Source: Raja brachyura (taxonomy: Eukaryota). From it: a stretch of DNA of 64,000 nucleotides. Of this stretch, positions 12,006 to 24,559 are shown in pieces. Under the pieces are notes generated by a model. That model saw nothing but the letters and a program-made list of their open reading frames with translations. It searched no databases and was not told the origin of the DNA. The position numbers and the translations under genes were made by a program. The stretch is from assembly GCA_963514005.1 (NCBI GenBank), contig OY740807.1, forward strand, positions 14,570,001 to 14,634,000, in the 5' to 3' direction. The first letter of the stretch is position 1, and each line of letters starts with the position of its first letter.

Positions 12006-12480
12006 CTACACGCAATAACATCATTACTCCCCACACCTTTTGTTGGAACTGAGTATGGAACAGAGGTGAGGTTAACAATACTGAATTGAATAATGAGCAC
12101 ATGTGTAGAATTACCAATGTACAACCATCTGTTACCCTAGTTTCTGTTATACCTTGTACTCTGTTAGGTTAAGAAACAATTTCTCTGTTAAACCATTCAG
12201 CAGACCAATGAGCTCTTTTATTAATTTAATGCCCAGTCACTACTGTGTGTCAATAATAAATGATTTAAAAGTACCGCATTAAATCAGTTTGAATTTCTGC
12301 ACTTAGTACATGTCCTTCCATTCAGAACTCTTTTAGAAAGTAGCTGTTGGTAATGTTTAACATGTAATGATTTCAAAATATTACTGAATAAAGTAATTAA
12401 ACCACAAGTACAGCTTGATCTGCCTACAAACTCTCCACTTTGGCACAGTAAATCACTGAAGTAGAAACATTATAAACAGT

Positions 12481-12700
12481 TGTAGAAACAAAGTACTGCA
12501 GATGCTGGTTAATACATAAAAGGACTCAGAGTACTGAGTAATTCAGCAGGTTAGGCAGCTTATCTGGCCAACATGGATAGATGATGTTTTGGGTCGAGAA
12601 GACCCTTCTTCGTGTCTGAAGAAGGGTCTCGACCCGAAACATCATCTATCCATGGTCTCCTGAGCTGCTGACTTTCTCCTGCACTTTGTGTCCTTTTCAG
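12481..12700. mobile_element. Palindromic Penelope-derived element with central hammerhead-like cores
   Basis: Inverted arms around ...GACCCTTCTTCGTGT-CTGAAGAAGGGTCTCGACCCGAAACATC. Confidence 0.75.
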
Positions 12701-12829
12701 TGTAAATAGTTCTTCTGCTTCCTTACCTTATCAGTTCTTATTCTGACTGGTCCCATTGACACCGATGTTGGAGATTCAAAATTTGAAACATTGCCGCACA
12801 AAGAAAAAGTCCAATGCATGATAAAATAA

Positions 12830-14250
12830 CATCATAAAATAAACTGGCTGGCCACGTGGGCTGTGAGGAAGATTGCCAATTGCTGGATAATAGAGAAGTT
12901 TGCCTGACATGTACACAAGCCAACTGAATGGGCTAATACGTGGCAGATGGATTATGAGGTCATCTATCTAATCGAAAAAAATAGGAATGGGAAATGATTG
13001 TTTGAAATGGTGAGAGATTGAAATGTGTTGGTGTTCAGAGGGGCTGGGTATTCTTATGCATGAATCACTGATAGTTATCGTAGATATCACAACCGGTTAG
13101 GAAGCCAAATGGTATTTTAGCCTTTATTTCAAATGACATTGAGGTCAACGGTAAAGATGGTTTACACAAATAAATGAGATCTTGGGGGTGGGGTGCGGTG
13201 CATTTGGAACATGATGCGAGAATCAGCTCTCCTTACAAAAGCTGTTATTATTAAATAAAACTGCGGCTGATTCTTAATCTCAGTGCCACATCCCTGTAAT
13301 AATTCCACATCCTTGAATCTGTTCTGCCATTCAATCAGACCATGGCTAATTTGACTGTAACCTCAATTATGTACTCCTATGTCCCTGTGATATTTCAGCT
13401 CACCTTGTATATTATACATTTATCTACTGCTATCTTCAAAATGTTCAAACTGTTTGCTTCCACCACTATTTAATGAAGAGATTTCCAAAGCCTTGCAATA
13501 CATTTTTTTCTCTCATATCTGTCTTAAATGGTTGACACTTTAATGTTAAACTGAGCTTCTTCTTCAATATTCTCCGATATTAAAAAATTCTCTCCACAGC
13601 CACTCTGTCAAGGTCCCACGGATCTTGTTTCTTTCAATCTAGTCCATCACCTCTCTTCTAAACACCATTGACAAGCCTAGTCAGTCCAACCTTGGCTCAT
13701 AAAGCAACTTTACCAATTCAGGTATCTGTCTGAAGAAGGGTTTCGGCCCGAAACGTTGCCCATTTCCTTCGCTCCATAGATGCTGCCTCACCCGCTGAGT
13801 TTCTCCAGCATTTTTGTCTACCATCTGTTTGATTAACCTTCTTTGAATTGAGGATGTATTAGCCTCCATCTCCGTACACTGCAGTCTATCTCCATTTAGA
13901 TAATATTTTTTTTCATTTTTTATGGCAAGGTGAATCATTTTATATTTTCTCTCAATTTATTCTGATTACTAAATCTTTGTCCACTCATTTAACCTTTGTT
14001 CCTTTGGAGCCATGTTTCTCATTCACAACTTATTTTTGTTTGTGGCATCAGAAAAGTTAGCATCCATTCCTTTTCAGTTTCATGCATTCCCAGTTGATTA
14101 AAGGTTTGAGGGCCCAGTGCCGATTCTTATGGTCTTATGGTAAAAAAAAACAGCCAGGTACGCCCACTCTTTGTTTCCTATTAATCAGCTAATTTTAAAT
14201 TGCACCAATATGTTACCTCCTACAATATGAGGTTTCATTTTCCTCAATAA
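12830..14250. mobile_element. Cluster of old CR1 fragments (+ strand ~12830-13250; - strand ~13260-14250)
   Basis: Decayed TKLAG.V.CEED..L..D motif on +; minus ORF IHLAIKNEKKYYLNGDRLQ is a CR1 C-terminal motif. Confidence 0.6.
13730..13822 (+). mobile_element. Penelope-derived insert with well-preserved minimal hammerhead core
   Basis: CTGAAGA-A-GGGT-TTCG-GCCC-GAAA-CG-TT; flanking direct repeat ATCTGT at 13724-13729 and 13823-13828. Confidence 0.8.
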
Positions 14251-14257
14251 CCTTTGA

Positions 14258-14536
14258 TTTGTTTAGTTTACAGATATAACATGGAAATAGGCCCATCAAG
14301 TCCACATCAGCCAACGATCACCCATATACTAGTTCTATTCCACATACTAGAGACAATTTACAGAAGCCAATAAACGTACAAACCTGCACGTCTTCAGAAT
14401 GTGGGAGGAAATCGGAACAGCTGGAGAAAACCTACACGTTCATAGGGAGAACGTACAAACACCATATAGACAGTACCTGTTGTCAGGATCAAATCTGGGT
14501 CTCTGGCGCTGTAAGGCATCAATTCTGTGCAGCCCC
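14258..14536 (-). mobile_element. HE1-like SINE
   Basis: TTTAG-type tail, CR1-derived 3' end, core, and B-box-like GTCAGGATCAAATCTGGGTCTCTGGCGCTGTAAGGC on the reverse strand. Confidence 0.85.
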
Positions 14537-14819
14537 CCAAGATGTTTTTAATGCGGCACCTTATCAAATGTTTTCTAGAAAACTAAGCGTAGTACATCTA
14601 CTAAGTTTCATTTACATGAGAGATACAGCATGAAACTGGTTCCCCTTTATCCACAGAAAGTACTCTTTCATCAAAGGATTCTTCAAATAAATTGGTCAAA
14701 TATGTTTTCCCTTTCACAAAATGTTGCCTGATAGTCTTGATCCAATTATAGCCAATTAAGGAAATTAACCATGATATTAAATTTAAAGGAAAAGGCATTC
14801 ATTGTTTTGAAGATTACTG

Positions 14820-15840
14820 GCAGCAGAAATGGACATGGATAGAGAATTAGAAAGCAGGGTGTCAGGATAAAAAGATCATTTTCGATGTGGCCCTCAACTA
14901 TTTACTATCCAAAGAAATGATTTGGTGGAAGGGAGAGTCCCTTATAGCTAAATTTGCTGTTGACACAAATAGAGATGGAAAAGTTATGTGGAAATAGGGA
15001 GAGTCTGCAAAGGGATATTATATATAACCATATAACAATTACAGCACGGAAACAGGCCTTCTCGGCCCTTCTAGTCCGTGCCGACCATTTATTTTCCCCA
15101 GTCCCATCTACCTGCACTCATACCATACCCCTCCATTCCCTTCCCGTCCATATACCTATCCACTTTACTTTTAAATGTTAAAATCGATCCTGCCTCCACC
15201 ACTTCTGCTGGAAGATCATTCCACACAGCCACCACTCTCTGAGTAAAGAAGTTCCCCCTCATGTTACCCCTAAACTTCTGTCCCTTAATTCTCATGTCAT
15301 GCCCTCTTGTTTGAATCTTCCCTACCCTCAATGGGAAAAGCTTATCCATGTCAACCTAGGTGAGTTGACCAAAAAAATGGGTTCATGGAATATAATGTGG
15401 AAAATGTGAGGTAATGGGAAGAATGGAATGGCAGGAAATTGGTCAAATGGGAAGAGATGACAAATCACAGTGATGCAAGGATTAGAAATTAATTAAGAAT
15501 GTAAATACCTGGAGAATGATGGCCTGCATTGCACAAGGAATGGATCTGAAAAGTAGGAAAATCTTGCAACAACTGTGAAGGGTGTTGGTGAGCAACACTG
15601 AGGATAGCACATGCATTATTGGTTTTTGTATTTTAGGGGAGAGCAGTTCAAAAAAGATTGTTAGATTTTGGGGGGAAGCACTGATTTTTCAGGGAACATC
15701 GAGCTGATTCGGCGTAAACTCTTTGGAATTTAAAAGAATGAGGAGTGATTTTATTGAAACACGCAAAATTCTGAGGGCCTTTGTATGATAGATTCTCAGA
15801 GGATGTTTCTGAAGAACTGCAGGGCATAGTTTAAGATTGT
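14820..15840 (+). mobile_element. Old CR1 LINE fragment interrupted by a younger CR1 3' end
   Basis: AKFAVDT (decayed KFADDT) near 14950; the sequence resumes after 15356 (MEYNVE.CEV). Confidence 0.65.
15020..15355 (-). mobile_element. Young CR1 LINE 3' end
   Basis: Minus ORF 15089..15349: LFPLRVGKIQTRGH..RIKGQKFRGNMRGNFFTQRVVAVWNDLP...FKSKVDRYM, a typical CR1 ORF2 C-terminus. Confidence 0.9.
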
Positions 15841-18179
15841 CACAATAATGTACCAAATTACATGTTGATTAATTTGTAAAATGTAAAGGTGTGTTATTGC
15901 TTAAATGACATGTAAAGTAAAACATATACAACATATGCTGATAGGACACAGATAATATAATTTGGCTTTGGTTATTTGGCAGCATTCAGATATGGGTTAC
16001 AGCAATCTACCTAGCATAGTATGGATAAATATTACAGAACTCCAGCGAAGCTGTAACAATATGTTGCCTCATCCCAGATTATCATGTTAGGTTCCTTGGT
16101 GCTTTATTTTCACCTAATTATAATCAGTTTTGTCTTACGATCAATTATCTCTGCAAGAGGAAGAATCGGAATTAAATCCAGTTCATTATGGTTAGACTAA
16201 TACTGAATTTTTGCAAATCAATATAATTTTGAAAAAAATGACTCCACTACCACACTGATCAATATTTCTTAACTCTACCACAGTGCATCCTAAGAGGCAG
16301 TCAATAATGTCTAGTACTATATGCCATTCTCTGCAGAATTTATTAAACTCAATCAGATGGATTCAATGAGTAAATTCAGAATTACTGGATCCTAACTGCT
16401 GCATTTCATTTCATAGCTCTCTGAGCTTTCCATATGCATTTGCCAAAACCTCCAATTAAGAAATGCAATGGGGTTCAGTCTAAAGTTATTAAATCTACCA
16501 ATTGAATCTCCCAAACATTTCCTTCAAAATATAACTGCTTTCGCCCTTTATTCTTACCATGGGATAACATTCTTCTAGTCAGGTAATTGAACCGTTTTTT
16601 GGGTTGCCCTGTTTCAGACAATTAGCTCAATCTCTGGTGTTATGGAGAGTTTGTAGCTGAATTTCTTAGATTACTTTGAGCAGATTATAAAAACCAGGGC
16701 AAGATAAAAAAGACAACTTCAGGTCTTGAAGTATCTAGGGTTAGACAACCAAAAACAATTGTAAACATCTTCAATCAACTCACCAATAAAATACCTTTTG
16801 CTACAGATTTATTCTGAGAAGCATTTTGGAGAAAAAATGTTTGATTGTCTTCCACAGTGAAATATTCACCTGGGTCTATTTTACCACAGCAAGAAAGCAA
16901 GATTTGAAGTGTTTTTGATTTAAAGTAAAGGACAAAGGTTAAGGCAACAAGGAAAACCAAAGACACACAGGTGTGTTTCAATACCGTTCTATAACCAAGA
17001 GCACAGATATTGCAGATAGATTCAATGAATACTTGATTCAACTCAAGTGATGATTATCTCATCTGAATAAAATTGTTTATTTCCTTGGGTTTATTGTAAT
17101 TTACATTTCAATGAACAACGTCTGTCTCCAGTGAGTTTCCATTTTCACAGTTTTCTTTGCTTTAAAACAAGTAATGGGAGTGGAGTGTTGAGGAAGCACA
17201 TGAAATTAAAGCACTTAATGGAAACTAATTTGAGAGCGATGAAGAATCAGCAGTAGGTCAATCAATACTCGGAGTAGAGCTATTCCCATATCTTGAGTTA
17301 AATGACAAGACAATGAGCATAATACTGGTCCAAGTTGAATCTATTCTCCACAAAATGCTTTGGAAAGCCCTGTGGATTTGTTCAGATATTGTGCAAATGC
17401 AACGTTTCCTCTGATTTTCCTTGTGCTTAATCAACTTGCGTTTGGAATGGCCAAATTAGAAAGATCTGACTGGTGTAGATCCATTTCCGTTTTCCCTAAT
17501 ATTTAAACTTCCCTAATGAGGAACCTTGAAATAAATTGGACATTCCACCAGAAGTTGTTAACAATAAAACAGGAATAGTTCATTCAGTCAATTATTTTTA
17601 ATATTGGTAGATTTTTTAAATTCTTAAATTCCTAAATTTGCTGCACCGTTTTTAAAAATATTTATTTCTTATATAGCTATATATCAACTTTCTATTGTTG
17701 CAGCAGATTTTACATCTCCAGAAACAGCATTTCCATGCATTCATACACCTCAAAGAGACCATGTTCCTGGATTTGACTAAAACAAAAGAAAAAAGTCTGA
17801 AAGGAAAATGTATGTTTGACATCTGATCCATCTTGGTGTGTAGCTCATAATGTACACATATGTAGTTTTATCCAGATGAGTGCTCCCATTATGTTTTGAA
17901 TCAAGTTTGAATCTCAAAATTTGGATGGTGTAGATTAGCTCCCATTTACTACAAAACCACTGGTATCATTTAAGAAGCATCTGGATGATCGCTTGAATTC
18001 CAAGGCATAGTTGGCTATGAACCAAATGTGGCTCAATGGGAATAGTAATAGATAGGTACTTGATAATTGGTCCAAATATGTGGGGCTGAAGGACCTGTTT
18101 CTGCACTGTATGTCTCCATGACAGCTCACCACAGAAGTAAGATTTGGTGTGTTGTCAAATACTCCATTGAACCTCTACA

Positions 18180-18440
18180 GGTTTATGGTAGAGAGCATTC
18201 TAACTGGGTTGCACCCAAGAATGAAGGAGACTGAGAGAGTGGTCAATCCCTCCAATGAAGGGATCTTTTGAGGCAGCCTTCAGAGGCACTGCCTCAAAAA
18301 GGCAGCCATTGTCATCAAAGACCCACACCATCCTGTCCATGCTCTCATCTTGCTATCATCAGGAAGAAGGTAGAGGAACCATATAAATATGACCGCCAGG
18401 TTCAAGCTTCTTCCCAACACCCACAAGGCTCTTGAACACT
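18180..18440 (+). mobile_element. Rex1/Babar-like 3' fragment (continues at 20160-20400 after the CR1 insertion)
   Basis: CLKKAAIVIKDPHHPVHALI matches CLKKAGSTIKDPHHPGHTLI at ~50970; the TTGAC-repeat tail is at ~20390. Confidence 0.75.
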
Positions 18441-18444
18441 ACAC

Positions 18445-20155
18445 ATTGAGTATTTCTCCTATGTATTTACCGAGGAGAAAGACAATAGGACGGAAGAACT
18501 TGGGGCAATCAATGGAAGTGTCTTGAAAGCAGTCAGTGTTACTGTCGAAGAAGTACTGAAGGTACTGTCGTGTATAAAGGTAGACAAATCTCCAGGGCCT
18601 GGTCAGATATATCCGAGGACATTGCGGGAAATTAGAGAGGAAATTGAGGGAGCCTGGTTGAAATTTATGAGTCGTCCTTAGATACAGGAGAGGTGCCAGA
18701 ACACTGGAGAGTGGCAAATGATGTGCCTCTTTTCAAGAAGGGCTGCAGGGAAAATGCTGGGAACTATAGGCCGGTGAGCTTAACATCTGTAGTTGGAAAG
18801 TTACTAGAGAGTATTCTGAGGGATAGATTATGCAGGCATTTGGATGGGCGAGGGCTGATTAGGTATAGTCAGCATGATTTTGTACGCGGGAGGTCGTGTC
18901 TCACAAATCTGATTGATGTTTTTGAAGAACTGACCAAAAAGGTAGATGAGGGCAGAGCTGTAGATGTTGTGTACATGGATTTCAGTATGGTGTTCGACAA
19001 GGTTCCACATGGTAGGCTGCTCTGGAAGGTTAGTTCGCATGGGATCCAAGGAGAGGTAGCTGAATGGATAGCAAATTGGCACCATAGAAGGAAGCAGAGG
19101 GTGATGGTGGAAGGTTGCGTCTCGGACTGGAGGCCTGTGACTAGTGGTGTGCCTCAGGGTTCGGTGCTGGGCCTGTTACTGTTTGTCATCTACACCAATG
19201 ATTTGGATGAGAACATACAGGGCAAGATTAGCAAGTTTGCTGATGATACAAAAGTTAGTGGTTTTACAGATAGTGAAGATGGTTGTGAACAATTGCAGCA
19301 GGATCTGGATCGATAGGCAGGTGGGCGGAGGAATGATTGATGGAATTTAATATAGAGAAGTGTGAGGTGTGGCATTTTCGGACGTCTAACAAGGGCAGGA
19401 CCTACACAGTAAATGGTAGGCCTCTGGGTAGTGTTGTAGAGCAGAGGGATCTCGGAGTACAGGTGCATGGTTCCTTGAAGGTCGAGTCGCAGGTAGATAA
19501 AGTGGTCAAAAAGGCTTTTGGCACATTGGCCTTCATCAGTCAGAGTATTGAGTATAGACGTTGGGAGGTGATGTTGCAGTTGTATAAGACGTTGGTGGGA
19601 TGGCATCTAGAATATTGTGTTCAATTCTGGCCACCATGTTATATGAAAGATATTGTCAAGTTTGAAAGGGTTCAGAAAAGATTTACGAGGATGTTGCCTG
19701 GACTAGAGGGTGTGAGCGAAAGGGAGAGATTGAGTAGGCTGGGTCTCTATTCCATGGAGCACAAGAGGATGAGGAGTGATCTTATAGAGGTGTGCAAAAT
19801 CATGAGAGGAATAGATCTGGTAGATGCAGTCTCTTGCCCAGAGTAGGGGAATCGATGACCAGAGAACATAGGTTGAAGGTGAGAGGGAAAAGATTTAACA
19901 GGAATCCGAGGGGTACCTTTTTCACACAAAGTATAGGGTATAGGGAACAAGCTGCCAGAGGAGGTAGTTGAGGTTGGGACTATTCCATCGTTTAAGAAAC
20001 AGTTAGAAAAGTACATGGATAGGATAGATTTGGAGGGATATGAACCAAGTGCAGGCAAGTGTGACTAGTGCAGCTGGGACATTGTTGGCCGGTGTGGGCA
20101 AGTTGGGCCGAAGGGCCTGTTTCCACACTGTATCACTCGTTGACTCTCTCTATGA
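18445..20155 (+). mobile_element. CR1/HER1-like LINE, 5'-truncated (RT domain + 3' UTR), pseudogenised
   Basis: WRVANDVPLFKKG..NYRPVSLTSVVGKLLE...RSCLTNL...VYMDFS..FDKVPH...GVPQGSVLG...SKFADDTK; frameshift into ORF 19337; CR1 tail. Confidence 0.95.
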
Positions 20156-21556
20156 CTTGCTAATACTAAACTCAGCAGCTACAACCTTCTATGGACTGTG
20201 CCTTTGGGTGCACCATGGATTTCTGTTTTGTACTATGAGTATGAGTACCTTGTATTATAGTTACTCATTTATTATATTATTGCTCAGAAATTCATGTATG
20301 TTATTTGTGTTTATGGGCCAGTTAAGCTGCAGCAAGTAAGAATTTCATTGCTCTGAGGTACATATGACAATTGAACAGTTTTGATTCTCTTGACTTGACT
20401 GTTCACCAGTTCCTCCACTTTCTTTGACAGTCTTGATGGTGTAAAGTGCAAAAAATTCTAGTATCTAAAAATATGTTCTCAAAAATCACCTGTGGTAAAG
20501 TTTGCATTCTGTAAACCGCAGAATTAATTCATTGCCAGTATGAGGATATCTGGAATGGGGGGTATTCATGGGGGATGGGGGTGGCAGCTGAAGATGAGAA
20601 ACAGAAGGTAGAGAAAGTCCTTCCTTGAGGATGCTAACAGAAGGTTCAGTGAGAGAAAAACATGCAGCAAAGACTTCAGGACTGACAGAAGAGATGTTCA
20701 CTTGTGAAATATATTCTTCAGCTTCTACTTAAAAAAAGTATGCCTTGATGGATACCGGCATTCAAAATGGGATAAATTATGAGAGTTTAAAGGTTAAGCT
20801 TAGTTTCCTCTTTAATATGGAAGGTCGACCTCTTTGAGGCGTTTAAAATGATGAACCAATTTCATAGAGAAACTATTTCCATTGGTGGGAGAATCAAGAA
20901 CAAGGAGGTATAATCTTAAAATGAAACCATTAAAAAGTCATATTAGGAATTCTTTGTCACACAAAGAGTAGTGAAAATCTAGAACTTTCCCTCCCACCTC
21001 CACAGCATCTACCTCACTCATTCCCATCAAAAGGCTGAGGGTTCACTGAAGACACACATTATTGCCAAAGCTGAAATCTGCTGCAAAAAGGAAACAGCAA
21101 TAAAAAAATAAATTGATGCTACTTTATCTTCTGGGTAAGATGTTACAGATTTGAATGCTTCATAATTTCACCTCAGTCTAATTCAGAGGTAAAAATATGA
21201 TTTATTCCCCTCTCGCAACTCCTGGTTTTGGTTTCCCTAAGAGGGGAACTGATGTTTCTGCATCGATTCTGCTAAATTTATTTTCAATACTTCAGTTAGA
21301 TCATTGTATTTGTGCTCTGTGCATTTAACAAATAAAACACCCTTGTTAAATCCAATGCATTTAACAAATAAACACCCTTGTGTTTGGACATCAAGGTAGC
21401 CAGTGGTGAAAGTGCTAGAGAGCCTTTGTGGCAGGTGAATTCATCGCTGCTCCTCCACGCAAGGAGGTGAGAAGATTGGCAGAAGGTTTTTTTAATCTTC
21501 TATGCAGCTGATGAAAGTATAGTGCTGTAATAATGGGATAAGTGTCAGTTCTAAAC

Positions 21557-21780
21557 CAGGGGTTCCCAACCTTTTTCGTCCCGTTTACCCCTGGCAACTT
21601 TCCGAAAGTAAATTTACCCCCACCCTGTTTTGTTCAGTAATTTGAGTTTACACTTCTACCATAATGAAGCAACCGACAAAGGGGAAATTTTAAAATACTG
21701 AATCGAGAATCAACAAATGTACCCCCTGGGTAGGCGAAATTTACCCCCTGGGTAAATTTACCCCAGGTTAGGAACCCTTG
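21557..21780. mobile_element. hAT (Charlie-type) MITE, 224 bp
   Basis: TIRs CAGGGGTTCCCAACCT / AGGTTAGGAACCCTTG; perfect 8-bp TSD TTCTAAAC (21549-21556, 21781-21788); repeated subterminal TTTACCCC. Confidence 0.9.
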
Positions 21781-24089
21781 TTCTAAACTGATTGCTCGGT
21801 TTAATTACAGGGCAATTCGGTGTTGCTCTTTACATTCCTATCAGCTGTTGTTCTGTTCAAGTAAATTTATTTAACCTCAAGCTGCCTCTCACATGAAAAA
21901 CTCAATTAATAGACACGTGACAAAAACACACAGTAAATTCTGACTTCAGGTCGAAAATAGTTGAGGCAAGGACAGCAACACCATTCTAAAAACACTGTCC
22001 TGGGCAAAAGCTACCCAGGCTTGCTGTTTCCTATCTTACATGGCTGTGTGTTCAGTAGCAAGTGAAGTCTGCCTCTGTGTTCTGTGAATTTCCCTGGAGC
22101 TCCGGCTGAGCCTGGAGCCGGGAACGTGAACTGGAGCAAATGCATTTGTGAATTAGGGGGAGGGGAGGGTCATGAGCATGAACCTGGGCAGGCTGCTCCT
22201 TCCCCCAGGCAAATCCCAACCGCTGCCCCAGGATGTGACCTGTCACTTCACATAGCTGGTGATGAGTTGCAGGACTGTTGGTAAAGGTGAAGACTGTGCA
22301 GAGAGGGAGGAAGAGAGGAAGACAGAGAGAGATAAAACAAAAAGCATCAGCCTGGTGGAAATAGTTTCACAGGGAGAAAAAAATCCAGACCATTAGGAGA
22401 AGAAACCTGGTAAAAAAACCTGGCTGCTATTTTTTAGGAAAGAGAAATCATTGCCAGTGCTTGAAGCCAAGACACATCTCACTCTGAGCCTGGGCTTGAT
22501 CTCCATTGTAACCATTTGACAGCTACATCAAATGAGTTACTTCAGGTCCAAGAGTAATGAAGTGCTCGCCGCCCAAGCTGCATGCCCAGCTTTTCGTTCG
22601 TTTGAACTTGACTGTGTTTTAAGATAACTTTGCAAAATTGCAAACACATTAGCATTTCTGGAGATTAAGGAGCTGGTGCTGGAGAGACAGGGGACTCTGC
22701 CACGCAGCTGGAATAAGAATCCACATCTTTGCAACTCCAGAGGAAATGTTCCCTTTTAAGAGTCACCACTGGAATCACGAGGTTCTGAAGTTTAACATAT
22801 TACATATGCCTGCACTAACACAAATTAAGCAGGACCAGGGGTTTCCTAGAGCAGTGCCCATGTTAGGGAAAGGAAGGGACACCTGACACAACATGTCTAG
22901 TCGTGTCAGGTGAATGGGAGATATCCAAGACTAAGCCAGTGCTGAGGTTAAGAAAGTGGATGGATGCCAGATGGATGTGCACTTTTAGCAAGGGTAAATT
23001 TGATTAAACGGATCTTGATATATGAAAACAACTAAAGATGGGTTATGGGGATGTTTGGAGTATGTTGTACTGAGAGGAATCCCATTATTGAAGTAAATAG
23101 ATGCAATATTAGAACCAGAAATGAAGCAAGAATTGGAATAAAAGGGGAAAACAGAGAACTGGCATGGGGGGTGTGTAAGCATTTTTGGGCAGGTGAAATG
23201 TTATGGGTTGGATAGATTATAGATGGAACTAGGCACCCATCAGGTTAGATTTGGGTACTTCAGGTGGGAATATGGGAAGGATTTCAGAGGATCAAGGAGG
23301 AATTATAGATGGATTTATCAGCATGTACCTGTGGGGCTAGGGACAGGCGAGGGGGAGGAGGCTGGGGAGGGGTGAAGGAGGCCTAGGAGAGGGGGATTCA
23401 AGTGGAAGGTAATTGAGCTGATACATTAACTCTGCTTGTCGCTCTTTACAGCTGCTACATAGCTTTCTAACTATTTCCAGCACTTTTTAAAAATTTCAGT
23501 AGAGGGGTTTTGAATTTTTTAAATATTTCAGTAGAGGGGTTTTGGGTCAGGCTTGGAGTTTGGTGTGAGCAGGGCTGGGAGGGGAAATTTAGTAAACCAG
23601 GGAGGATCTACGGGCTAGGGCTAAGAGGGCAGAACCATAAGCTGTGAATTTGGAAAGTCAGGAGTATAACTCGGAACTTGGAGTGGGATATAAAAGAGTG
23701 TGTAGGTGGGAGTGGAGTAGATGTGGGCAGGTATGGAAAAAAGGGTGCATTTGGATTGATAGGGGTGTGGAGGTGGACTGGTTTTTGTATATATGGTGTA
23801 ATCTCCTTAAACCAAACAACAAAGTTAGTACAAGTCATGTTCTTCTGGATCAATGAATAGAAACATGCCCAGAAACATTCACCTCAGAATTCCGCAATTA
23901 AAGTACTACTGTAATTAAAAGCTTCCTTTTTCAAGTGAGGCTGGATGGGAAGTGTCAAAATGTATGTTTTATTTGCAAAATGTTAACACAAAAAAACCTC
24001 AGATATTACACATCGTGTAACCTGAACTTAATGGGCACCTGCATGTCATTTAAAAAAAGAACGCAGAACAAATAGTACACCACAATACT

Positions 24090-24262
24090 AAGCGCTGAAA
24101 GAACCCTGGATCAGGCAGCATTTAAGGAAGGAATGGGCAGGCAACATTTTGGGTTGGGACCCTGTTCAGACTCTGCTTCCTCAGATGCTGTCACACCCCT
24201 GAGTTACTCCAGTAAGTTGTATTTTGCTCAAGATTTTAGCACCTGCATTTCCTTGTGTCTCC
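24090..24262. mobile_element. Degenerate palindromic Penelope-derived element
   Basis: CAGGCAGCAT...TTTTGGGTTGGGACCCTGTTCAGAC...GATGCTG...GAGTTACTCCAG. Confidence 0.55.
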
Positions 24263-24559
24263 ACACAATAGTACAACATGGGAACAGGCCAATGATGTCA
24301 GTGTTGAACATAATGTCAATCCCATCTGCTTTTATATGGTCCAGATCCCTCCATTGCCTACCTGTTTGTGTCCCTGGCGAAAAGCCTCTTAAGTGTTATT
24401 ATGCTACGTGGTTCTACCATTTTCCCTAACAGCACATTCTAGGCATTTCTACACGCTGTGTAATAAAACCTGCCTCACTAATTTTCTCCATCACATCTTA
24501 ATTGAATGTCCTTCTTGGCAGAAGAGGCTGCAGGTTTTGAGAATGGCATCTGAGTAAGT

